NCBI GenBank assembly: GCA_026928255.1
Contig: JAIXKJ010000003.1
Span: 147,833-211,832 of the forward strand
Direction: 5' to 3'
DNA from: Anaerolineales bacterium
GTDB taxonomy: Bacteria > Chloroflexota > Anaerolineae > Anaerolineales > Villigracilaceae
Length of the DNA: 64,000 nucleotides
Shown: piece after piece, positions 29,521 to 37,808 of the stretch
Layout: each line of letters opens with the position of its first letter
Numbering within the stretch: position 1 is the first letter of the stretch
Position numbers and translations under genes: made by a program
Notes under the pieces: model-generated
Seen by the model: only the letters and a program-made list of their open reading frames with translations
Told to the model about the DNA's origin: nothing
Database searches by the model: none

Positions 29521-30963
29521 ATGACGCAGCCAACCTATACTGACTTTTACACAATCATCCCTTTTCTTATTCTGATTGCCTCCGCCTGCCTTTTACTGGT
29601 CGCAGAACTTTTCATCCCAAAGGGGCGCAAGGGCGTCGTCGCGTTTTTGTCGGCGTTGGGAATCGCCGCCGCCTTAGGCTTTGCGTTGACTCAAATCGGC
29701 GCGAGCGGCGTCGGCTTTAGCGGCATGACAAAACTGGACGGCTTCTCCGCTTACGCCAACATCCTGTTGCTGATCAGCGGGTTGCTCTCCATCGCCCTCG
29801 CTTACGGATATATCAAACGCATCGGCGCGGAACGCGGCGAATATTACATCTTGCTTTTATTCAGCCTCGCGGGCATGATGCTCATGGCGCAAGCAGGCGA
29901 TCTCATTGTAGTCTTCATTGCGCTCGAACTGCTTTCGATTCCTCTTTATGTGCTGTCCGCAATTTCGCGCAAAGCCAAAGCGGAAGAAGCGGGAATTAAA
30001 TATTTCTTGCTCGGCGCGTTCGCCAGCGGATTTATCGTTTACGGCACGGCGCTGGTTTTTGGCGCGACGGGCACGACCAACCTTTCCGCCATTGTCGCCA
30101 AAGCGGCTGACGGCGCGAACTTGGGCTTGCTGGCAATTGGCGCGGCGCTGATTTTGGTCGGCTTGGGCTATAAATTCGCCGCCGTCCCTTTCCACATGTG
30201 GACGCCCGACGTGTACGAAGGCGCGCCGACTTCCGTTACCGCGTTTATGGCGGCGGGCGCAAAAATCGCCGGGCTGGTCGCTTTGTTCCGCGTCTTTGTA
30301 ACCGCCTTTCAACCGCTCGCCGCAGACATGACCAACGTCTTCTGGGCGCTCTCCGCCGTAACGATGATCGTCGGCAACCTCATCGCCGTTACGCAGACGA
30401 ACGTCAAACGCATGTTAGCCTATTCCGCTATCGCCCACGCGGGTTATATTTTGATGGCGTTCGTCCCTTACGGAAATCCGCAAGTCGCCGCGACAGCCAT
30501 TGCGGCGGGACTCTTCCATTTGGCGGCTTATGTCATTGCCAACTTCGGCTCGTGGGGCGTGGTCATCGCGTTGGAAAAGGCCGAAGGCAAAGGGCTTGAA
30601 ATTGCGGATTACGCCGGGTTGTCGAAAAAACATCCCGCGCTGGCGCTGGCGATGACCGTATTTATGATTTCGCTTTTTGGCTTCCCGCCGACGGTCGGCA
30701 TGGTCGGCAAGTTTTACCTCTTCCGCTCGGCGCTCGAAGGCGGATTTCCGGGACTCGCCGTTATCGGCGTGATTATGTCGCTAGTCTCCGCGTTTTATTA
30801 TTTGCGAATCGTCGTCAATATGTATATGAAAGACGGCGACCCCGAAGCGGAACGCGAACCGTGGCTGAATTTCACTATCGGCTTGACGGCGATTGCCACA
30901 GTTGTTTTAGGGCTAATTCCGCAATACCTTTTCTTGTTGGCGTATAACGCAACCTTGCGCTGA
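29521..30963 (+). CDS. nuoN: NADH-quinone oxidoreductase subunit N
   Basis: EAGIKYFLLG, KFAAVPFHMWTPDVYEGAP, KRMLAYSAIAHAGY; ATG at 29521 follows a GGAG RBS. Confidence 0.95.
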   Translation: MTQPTYTDFYTIIPFLILIASACLLLVAELFIPKGRKGVVAFLSALGIAAALGFALTQIGASGVGFSGMTKLDGFSAYANILLLISGLLSIALAYGYIKRIGAERGEYYILLLFSLAGMMLMAQAGDLIVVFIALELLSIPLYVLSAISRKAKAEEAGIKYFLLGAFASGFIVYGTALVFGATGTTNLSAIVAKAADGANLGLLAIGAALILVGLGYKFAAVPFHMWTPDVYEGAPTSVTAFMAAGAKIAGLVALFRVFVTAFQPLAADMTNVFWALSAVTMIVGNLIAVTQTNVKRMLAYSAIAHAGYILMAFVPYGNPQVAATAIAAGLFHLAAYVIANFGSWGVVIALEKAEGKGLEIADYAGLSKKHPALALAMTVFMISLFGFPPTVGMVGKFYLFRSALEGGFPGLAVIGVIMSLVSAFYYLRIVVNMYMKDGDPEAEREPWLNFTIGLTAIATVVLGLIPQYLFLLAYNATLR

Positions 30964-31001
30964 AAATAAAACTCCGAGAAAAAATCTCGGAGTTTTATTT
31001 T
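30964..31001. terminator. Bidirectional terminator between nuoN and sucB
   Basis: AAAATAAAACTCCGAG-loop-CTCGGAGTTTTATTTT. Confidence 0.85.
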
Positions 31002-31004
31002 GAA

Positions 31005-32249
31005 TTACCCTTCCAAAAACAGGCGTTCGGGGTCTTCGACCAACGCTTTGACGAGGGAAAGAAACTGCACGGACTCGCGCCCGTCCACGATGCGATGATC
31101 ATAACTGAGCGCGACGTACATCATCGGGCGGACGACTACCTCGCCGTTCTCGACAATCGGGCGATCTTCCACTTTATGCAAGCCGAGAATTCCCACTTGC
31201 GGAAGGTTGAGAATCGGCGTGCTGAACATCGAGCCGAAGACGCCGCCGTTGGTTACGGTAAACGTCCCGCCGCGAATCTCCTCGACGGAGAGCGAGCCGT
31301 CTTTTGATTTGGCGGCGAATTCTTTTATCTTCGTTTCGATTTCGGCGAACGACATCGCTTCCGCGTTGCGAAGGACGGGGACGACCAACCCTTCTTCCGC
31401 GCCGACGGCGACGCCAATATCGTAATAGCGTTTGAGCAAAACGTCGTCGCCTTGAATTTCGGCGTTCAAACGCGGAAAGGCTTTCAACGCGCTGACGCTG
31501 GCTTTGACGAAGAACGAGGTCATTCCTAATTTTATGCCGTGCCGTTCGACGAAAGCGTCGTTGCGGCGGCGGCGCAGTTCCATCACCGCGCTCATATTCA
31601 CTTCGTTGAACGTCGTCAGCATGGCGGTCGTTTGTTTCGCTTCGAGCAGACGTTCCGCAATGGTGCGGCGGCGGCGCGACATGCGCTGACGTTCTTCCTT
31701 GCGCACAGAAGGCGCTTCCGCGAGAGGAGTGGAAATTGCGGCTTGCGGCGCGGGCGCGGACGGCTTTACCTCGGCGGGTTTTGGCGGCTCTTGCGCGACG
31801 GCTTGCTTCTTGACGAATTGCTCCACGTCCGATTTGGTAACGCGCCCGTCAGGACCTGTGCCGCGAATTTGACTCAAGTCCACGTTTTGTTCTTGCGCCA
31901 AACGCATGGCGACTGGCGTAACTTGCGGCGCGGACGAAGGCGGCGTCGGGGCGGGCGCGGCTGGAGGAGCAGAATCAGGCTGAACGTTCGGCGCGGCGGC
32001 GGGTTGTTTCGCGTCTTCGTTGATCTCGCCCAACACGTCGCCGACTTTGACGTCTTGCCCGGCGGGGAAATTAATTTTCGCTAACACGCCCGACGATTTT
32101 GCGCCGACTTCTAAATTGACTTTGTCGGTTTCCAACTCGACCAGCGTTTCGCCCGCTTCGACGAAATCGCCTTCTTTTTTCAGCCATTGATGCACGGTCG
32201 CTTCGATGACGGATTCTCCCATTTCGGGAACGGTGATTTGAACGCTCAT
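31005..32249 (-). CDS. sucB: 2-oxoglutarate dehydrogenase E2 (dihydrolipoyl succinyltransferase)
   Basis: Lipoyl ETDKV, E3-binding GTGPDGRV, catalytic YDHRIVDG. Confidence 0.96.
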   Translation of the reverse strand: MSVQITVPEMGESVIEATVHQWLKKEGDFVEAGETLVELETDKVNLEVGAKSSGVLAKINFPAGQDVKVGDVLGEINEDAKQPAAAPNVQPDSAPPAAPAPTPPSSAPQVTPVAMRLAQEQNVDLSQIRGTGPDGRVTKSDVEQFVKKQAVAQEPPKPAEVKPSAPAPQAAISTPLAEAPSVRKEERQRMSRRRRTIAERLLEAKQTTAMLTTFNEVNMSAVMELRRRRNDAFVERHGIKLGMTSFFVKASVSALKAFPRLNAEIQGDDVLLKRYYDIGVAVGAEEGLVVPVLRNAEAMSFAEIETKIKEFAAKSKDGSLSVEEIRGGTFTVTNGGVFGSMFSTPILNLPQVGILGLHKVEDRPIVENGEVVVRPMMYVALSYDHRIVDGRESVQFLSLVKALVEDPERLFLEG

Positions 32250-32252
32250 AAT

Positions 32253-35060
32253 TTATCCTCTCTCGATAATAACGCTGGGGTTGTCAGCCTGTTCTTCGAC
32301 GTTGAGCGCGCGATGAATCAGGGCTTGTTGGTTGATGCGGTAAAGGGTGGACGAGCCTTCGGCGGGGCTGGAACTGTCGGGGCGCCCGACGTAGTAAAGC
32401 GGCAGGCGCTCGCCGAGCAAACGCTTCAAATGTCCGCGAGCGAAATCCCAAGCGCCCATGTTAATCGGCTCTTCTTGCAGCCAAACGATTTTTTGCAAAT
32501 TGGGATATTTGTCCAATAATTTTTCCAGCGACTTATTAGGGAAGGGATAAAGCTGCTCGACTTTGACGACCGCCGCCTCTTGCTGTTGCGCCCACGATTC
32601 GTCGCCGACTAAGTCGAAGTAAACGCGCCCGCTGCAAAGGATGAGATTTTTTACCGCCTTCGGCTTGCGCGTTGCGTTCGGCTCTTCCAGCAGCGATTGC
32701 CAACTTCCCGCCGCCAGTTGATCAGGCGAAGAAGCCGCCAGCGGGTGGCGCAGAAAGCCTTTGGGCGTGAAAACAATTAACGGCAACGGGTCGGTTTTGA
32801 GCAAGAGCGCTTGTCGGCGCAGAAGATGGAAGTATTGCGCGGCGGTCGTCGGCACGGCGACTCGCGCATTGCCTTCCGCCGCGAGGTTGAGATAACGTTC
32901 GATGCGCCCCGACGAGTGGTCGGGTCCCATGCCTTCGTTGCCGTGCGGAAGAAGAAGAACCAGCGAGGGTGTGAGTCCCCATTTGGCGCGACCTGAAAGC
33001 AGAAATTCGTCCGCCAGCGTTTGGATGTTGTTGGCGAAGTCGCCGTATTGCGCTTCCCATATCACCAGCCGTTCTGGCGCTTGAATGTTGTAGCCGATTT
33101 CAAAGCCGACTGGCCCCGCCTCGCTGACGGGCGTGTTGTGAATTTCAAAAGCGGCTTGCGCCTGCGGGATGGCTTGCAACGGCGCATAAGGCTGATTGGT
33201 TTCCGCGTCGTAGAAAACGGCGTGGCGCTGACTGAACGTCCCGCGTCGCGTGTCTTGTCCGCTCATGCGAATGGCGACGCCGTCTTGCAAAATGGTGGCG
33301 AACGCCAGTTCTTCGGCGGCTGCCCAGTCCACGTTGGGGGCGGCGGGGTCGTCTAAAATTTTGCGGCGTTTTTCGACGAAGCGAGTCAGTTTGGCGTTGG
33401 CGCTGAATCCGGCGGGGAATTGGCGCAGGGATTGAGTCAACTCTTGCAGGCGTTCTAACGGAACGGCGGTGGGGATTTTCTGCGCGGCGCCCGGCGGCGG
33501 GGGCGTGGGCAGCGGCTCTTGCAGCGCGTGTTCCGCGTCTAGTTTTTGGTTGATCTCTTGCAATTCGTTGAGATATTTTTGCAACATCTTTTCGGATTCG
33601 TCTTGCGCGACGACGCCTTCTTTTTCCAGCCGCGCCGCCCACAACTTGCGGAGCGGCAAATGCGCGTCAATTTCTTGATACATGACGGGCTGAGTGAAGC
33701 GCGGCTCGTCGCCTTCGTTATGTCCGTGCCGCCGATAGCCGATTAAATCAATCATAAAATCTTTTTGAAATTTTTGGCGATACGCAATCGCGGTGTGGAT
33801 GGCTTCGCTGCAGGCTTCGGGTTCGTCGGCGTTGACGTGGATGATGGGGATTTCAAAGCCCTTTGCCAAATCGCTGGCGTGAAGCCCGCTGCGCGATTCG
33901 TTTTCAAAGGCGGTGAATCCCAATTGATTGTTAGAGATGATGTGCAGCGTTCCGCCGGTTGTGTAGGCGGCGAGTTGCGAAAGGTTGAGCGTTTCGGCGA
34001 CGATGCCTTGCCCAATGAACGAAGCGTCGCCGTGAATGACGAGCGGCAGCGAATTGTTGAACGAAAGAATCGGCGCGCCGCCCGAATTGACGCGGCTGTT
34101 GACCGCGCGAGACATGCCTTGAATGAGCGGATCCACCAATTCGAGGTGGCTCGGGTTGGCGGACATGCTGACGATTAAATTGCCGTGCTCCGCGTTTTGA
34201 TGCAGTTTCGACCCGCCCATGTGATACTTTACGTCGCCCGTCCAGCCGAGTTGATCCCAAGTCCGCGAGCGATTTTTGGGGTCTTTGAATTCGGCGAGAA
34301 TTTGCTCGTAAGGTTTTTGTAAAATGTGCGCTAGGACGTTTAACCGTCCGCGATGCGCCATGCCAATCAACACGGCGCGGACGTCCGCTTGCGCGGCTTC
34401 GGCGATGACTTCGTCCAACATGGGGACGAGGATGTCCAAGCCTTCGATGGAGAAGCGCGTCTTGCCAGGGTAAATGCGGTTAACGAAAATTTCAAACGCC
34501 TCGACTTGACTCAATCGGTCGAGCAGGCGCACCTTATCCAGCGTTTGCTTTGGCGGACGAAAACGTCCGCTTTCGGCGATTTGTTGCAGCCAATTTCGCT
34601 CTTCGGGTTTGCGGATGTGGCCGTAATCGTAGCCGATTGCGCCGCAATAAATCGAACGCAAAACGGCGACGGCTTGCGAGGCGTTTGCGGCGGCGTGTTC
34701 GGCGGGCAAACCGACCAACGACGCGGGGAGTTGAAAGAGGTCGTTTTGGTCGAGTTGATGAAATTCTAATTTCAGCGTCGGGTCGCCGAGCGGCTGATTT
34801 TGCAGGGGATTAATCCGCGCCGCGAGATAACCATAGGAGCGAATCGCCTGCGCGAGATTGACCGCGCCGACGACTTTTCGCAAATCGTTCGCGCTTTGCG
34901 GCGCGGGCGCGGCGGAGGGGTGCGGCGGCGCGTCGGGAGTCTGCTGCGCGAACAAGCGCCGCGTCGCTTCGTCCACCGTCGTCGGGTCTTTTTGATAATG
35001 CTCGTAAAGTTCGAGCAAATATCCGTAATTCGGACCGGGAAATTCGTGTTCAAGATTCAT
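32253..35060 (-). CDS. sucA: 2-oxoglutarate dehydrogenase E1
   Basis: GMAHRGRLNVL, NPSHLE, HGDASF..QG, HGHNEGDEP, SGQDTRRGTF, GPDHSSGRIER. Confidence 0.96.
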   Translation of the reverse strand: MNLEHEFPGPNYGYLLELYEHYQKDPTTVDEATRRLFAQQTPDAPPHPSAAPAPQSANDLRKVVGAVNLAQAIRSYGYLAARINPLQNQPLGDPTLKLEFHQLDQNDLFQLPASLVGLPAEHAAANASQAVAVLRSIYCGAIGYDYGHIRKPEERNWLQQIAESGRFRPPKQTLDKVRLLDRLSQVEAFEIFVNRIYPGKTRFSIEGLDILVPMLDEVIAEAAQADVRAVLIGMAHRGRLNVLAHILQKPYEQILAEFKDPKNRSRTWDQLGWTGDVKYHMGGSKLHQNAEHGNLIVSMSANPSHLELVDPLIQGMSRAVNSRVNSGGAPILSFNNSLPLVIHGDASFIGQGIVAETLNLSQLAAYTTGGTLHIISNNQLGFTAFENESRSGLHASDLAKGFEIPIIHVNADEPEACSEAIHTAIAYRQKFQKDFMIDLIGYRRHGHNEGDEPRFTQPVMYQEIDAHLPLRKLWAARLEKEGVVAQDESEKMLQKYLNELQEINQKLDAEHALQEPLPTPPPPGAAQKIPTAVPLERLQELTQSLRQFPAGFSANAKLTRFVEKRRKILDDPAAPNVDWAAAEELAFATILQDGVAIRMSGQDTRRGTFSQRHAVFYDAETNQPYAPLQAIPQAQAAFEIHNTPVSEAGPVGFEIGYNIQAPERLVIWEAQYGDFANNIQTLADEFLLSGRAKWGLTPSLVLLLPHGNEGMGPDHSSGRIERYLNLAAEGNARVAVPTTAAQYFHLLRRQALLLKTDPLPLIVFTPKGFLRHPLAASSPDQLAAGSWQSLLEEPNATRKPKAVKNLILCSGRVYFDLVGDESWAQQQEAAVVKVEQLYPFPNKSLEKLLDKYPNLQKIVWLQEEPINMGAWDFARGHLKRLLGERLPLYYVGRPDSSSPAEGSSTLYRINQQALIHRALNVEEQADNPSVIIERG

Positions 35061-35170
35061 GTCAAAAGTTTGCCTCTGTACGAATAATTGTCGCGTTTAT
35101 TATCCTATAATTTCTAAAATTCTTCTCTTTATCGGATAAAACTTCTCCTATTGTAGCAGATAGCCGATTA

Positions 35171-35198
35171 TTGACAGGTCGTTTCTTTGCGGTATAAT
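35171..35198 (+). promoter_or_regulatory. Sigma-70 promoter of tRNA-Lys
   Basis: TTGACA-N16-TATAAT, both perfect consensus hexamers. Confidence 0.85.
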
Positions 35199-35216
35199 AC
35201 CGTCCGCCTGAAAAAT

Positions 35217-35288
35217 GGCTCCGTAGCTCAATGGCAGAGCAGTTGACTCTTAATCAATTGGTTACAGGTTCAAGTCCTGTCGGAGTCA
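35217..35288 (+). tRNA. tRNA-Lys (anticodon CTT); CCA not encoded
   Basis: Acceptor stem GGCTCCG/CGGAGTC, D-arm TAGCTCAATGGCAGAGC, anticodon arm GTTGA-CTCTTAA-TCAAT, T-arm GGTTCAAGTCC. Confidence 0.95.
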
Positions 35289-35289
35289 C

Positions 35290-35323
35290 AATAAAAAACA
35301 TCCCGTAAGGGATGTTTTTTATT
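35290..35323. terminator. Bidirectional terminator
   Basis: AATAAAAAACATCCC-GTAA-GGGATGTTTTTTATT. Confidence 0.85.
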
Positions 35324-35341
35324 GCGCTTATTGCGGCTTCG

Positions 35342-36046
35342 CTAAAACCAGCGTTCCATCACCCAGACGATTAACGGCGCGATAATTAAAGCGGGCAGAA
35401 AACTGCCTGTGCGAATTTTTTTGACTTCCAACAAACTGCTCAACGCCAGCCCGACGAGAATCACGCCGCCGACGGCGGTCATTTCGTTCATCATCGGCGC
35501 TGTGAGGATGGCGTCGAAAACCCCGGCAAAGAGGCTGATTCCGCCTTGTATGGCGAAAACCGTCAGCGACGAAAAAAGCACGCCGACTCCCAACGTGGAG
35601 GCAAACGCCATCGAAGCGAATCCGTCTAAAACGGATTTGATGGCGAGCAAGTTATAGTCGCCGCTTAAGCCGTCTTGAATCGAACCGAGAATGGTCATCG
35701 GTCCGACGCAGAAGAGCAGCGAGGCGGTCATAAATCCGCGCACAAAATGCGAACCCGCGCCTTGTTGCGCGTCGCGCGAAAAGCGCTTCTCCAAAAATTG
35801 ACCGAGCGCTTGCAAACCTTCTTCAATCTTCCACCACTCGCCGAGCAGCGCGCCGATTAATAACGAGCCTAAGACAATAAGTTGATTCTCGCTTTTGAAA
35901 AACATTTGCAGCCCGATGGCGAGAGTCAGCAAGCCCAAGCCGTTGGTGATGGTGTCCTTAAAGCGCGAGGGAATGCGCGAGCCGAAAAGCAAACCGAAAG
36001 AGCCGCCGACAAGAATAGCGGCGACGTTAAGAATAGTTCCAGTCAT
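35342..36046 (-). CDS. DUF554 family membrane protein
   Basis: MTGTILNV...LFCVGPMTILGSIQDGL...KSVLDGF. Confidence 0.9.
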   Translation of the reverse strand: MTGTILNVAAILVGGSFGLLFGSRIPSRFKDTITNGLGLLTLAIGLQMFFKSENQLIVLGSLLIGALLGEWWKIEEGLQALGQFLEKRFSRDAQQGAGSHFVRGFMTASLLFCVGPMTILGSIQDGLSGDYNLLAIKSVLDGFASMAFASTLGVGVLFSSLTVFAIQGGISLFAGVFDAILTAPMMNEMTAVGGVILVGLALSSLLEVKKIRTGSFLPALIIAPLIVWVMERWF

Positions 36047-36054
36047 AGGGGAGG

Positions 36055-36600
36055 TTAGGAGGTTTTAGCGAACGAGGTGTTTTTTCCCGCGTGTTGATTT
36101 TCCGCCAATTCAAGGACGAAGCACAACGACGACAAGCGATTCAAATAGCGCAACAACTGCGGGTTGGAAACGACCTTCTCGTCGTAAAGTTCCACCACGC
36201 GCCGTTCTGCGCGGCGGACGACGGCTCGCGCCAACGATAACGCCGCGCCGCCTTTTGTGTCGCCCGGCAAAATAAATTCTTTGGGAATTTCAATCGCTTC
36301 GCTGAGCGAGTCGGTTTGCTGTTCGAGCCACGCCACCCGCGCCTCGTCAATCGAGCGAAAGGTTTCGGCGTTTTTTGGCGTCGCGGCGACTTCAGCCATC
36401 AGTTTGTAAAGATCGCGCTGCACTTGAATCAAAATCGGCGCGGTTTGCGGCGCTTCGCATTGCGCGCGAGCAAGCCCAATGGCGGCGGACGTTTCATCCA
36501 ACGCGCCGATGGCTTCAATCTGGATATTGTATTTTGGCACGCGACCTTCGCCGAGCAAACCCGTCGAGCCGTCGTCGCCTTTGGCGGTGTAAAATTTCAT
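36055..36600 (-). CDS. Cob(I)alamin adenosyltransferase, PduO/YvqK type
   Basis: YTAKGDDGST, GALDE, ARAVVRRAER, YLNRLS. Confidence 0.92.
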   Translation of the reverse strand: MKFYTAKGDDGSTGLLGEGRVPKYNIQIEAIGALDETSAAIGLARAQCEAPQTAPILIQVQRDLYKLMAEVAATPKNAETFRSIDEARVAWLEQQTDSLSEAIEIPKEFILPGDTKGGAALSLARAVVRRAERRVVELYDEKVVSNPQLLRYLNRLSSLCFVLELAENQHAGKNTSFAKTS

Positions 36601-36635
36601 AAAGATATTATAGCGGATTAAATTATAATGACGAG

Positions 36636-37259
36636 ATGATTACTAAATATCACATTGAAATGACCGCCGACGCGCTCGCGTCGCATTTTAGCAAACGCGC
36701 GTTAGATGCGATTGCCGAAGCCAACGTCAAGCAGGACGCGCTTCGCAACCAATTTGGACACGACGAAATCCATTACGACAACGACGCCTTCGAGGCGGGC
36801 GACCGCTACGTCGCCGCGCAGTTTGACGCGGCGGTTGCCGCTTTGCGCGAACCGAACGCTGCGGAATCTTGGGCGGCGTTTGGGCGCGCCTTGCACACCG
36901 TTCAAGATTTCTACGCGCACAGCAATTATGTAACGCTTTGGCTGAATCAATTTGACGCCGCGCCGCCCGCGCCGACGGAAATTGATCCGCTAAAGAAAGA
37001 GTTGATGCAAAGCCCAAGCTTGCGTTCCGGCAAAATTTACTTGCCGTTGGATTTTTTATACTTCATCAAGCCGATGCGCCCTTGGGTGTTGAAAAATCTT
37101 CCCAAAGATTCTCACGGCTGGATGAATTTAGACGCGCCCGAACAAGGCTTCAAATTTGATTATGCCATCGCCGCCGCGACCAAACGCACAACGCGCGAAT
37201 TTAATCTGCTTTGCCAAAGGCTGACGGCGGAGATGAAACAAAAATTTGCGGACAAATAA
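36636..37259 (+). CDS. HET-C/VWA7-N-like (Zn phospholipase C/P1 nuclease fold) protein
   Basis: YHIEMT, HYDN and GRALHTVQDFYAHSNYV motifs. Confidence 0.65.
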   Translation: MITKYHIEMTADALASHFSKRALDAIAEANVKQDALRNQFGHDEIHYDNDAFEAGDRYVAAQFDAAVAALREPNAAESWAAFGRALHTVQDFYAHSNYVTLWLNQFDAAPPAPTEIDPLKKELMQSPSLRSGKIYLPLDFLYFIKPMRPWVLKNLPKDSHGWMNLDAPEQGFKFDYAIAAATKRTTREFNLLCQRLTAEMKQKFADK

Positions 37260-37357
37260 CTTTCCCGCGAAAGGTATAATCAACGAACAACTTGTCGGCG
37301 TTTCGATAAGTTATCGCTGAAAAATCTAGCAGGAAAAATTCGGCAAGAGGTTTAACA

Positions 37358-37804
37358 ATGAACACTAAAGAGAAACTAAACGAAGCGATGAAAGCCGCCA
37401 TGAAAAGCGGCGACGAACTTCGCAAACGCACCATCCGCATGACCTTAGCCGCCGTCAAACAGGCGGAAGTGGACAAGCGCGTCGAGTTGGAAGAATCGGC
37501 GCTGATTGCTTTGCTGCAAAAGGAAGTCAAAACGCGACGCGAAGCGCTGGCGGAAGCGGAAAAAGCCAACCGCGCCGACCTTGCCGCAGAAAACGTGTCC
37601 GAAATCAAAGTCTTGGAAGAATTCCTTCCGCAAGCCATGCCTGCGGACGAATTGCGCGCGCTCGTGCAAGCCGCCATCGCCGAGACCGGAGCCGCCGCGC
37701 CGAGCGATATGGGCAAAGTGATGAAAGTCGTCATTCCCAAAGTCGCCGGACGCGCCCCGAACGACGCGATTAGCGCGATGGTGAAAACGCTGCTCAACCC
37801 ATAG
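37358..37804 (+). CDS. GatB/YqeY domain protein
   Basis: AMKAAMKSGD...E..VLEEFLPQAM...DMGKVMK. Confidence 0.92.
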   Translation: MNTKEKLNEAMKAAMKSGDELRKRTIRMTLAAVKQAEVDKRVELEESALIALLQKEVKTRREALAEAEKANRADLAAENVSEIKVLEEFLPQAMPADELRALVQAAIAETGAAAPSDMGKVMKVVIPKVAGRAPNDAISAMVKTLLNP

Positions 37805-37808
37805 CGCC

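Noticed and set aside
35128-35140. Palindrome TTTATC-G-GATAAA upstream of sucA as an operator
   Set aside because: Too short in an AT-rich region, with no second instance to support it.
35217-35330. Prophage or island integrated at tRNA-Lys
   Set aside because: No integrase or att duplication; flanks are host-like genes.
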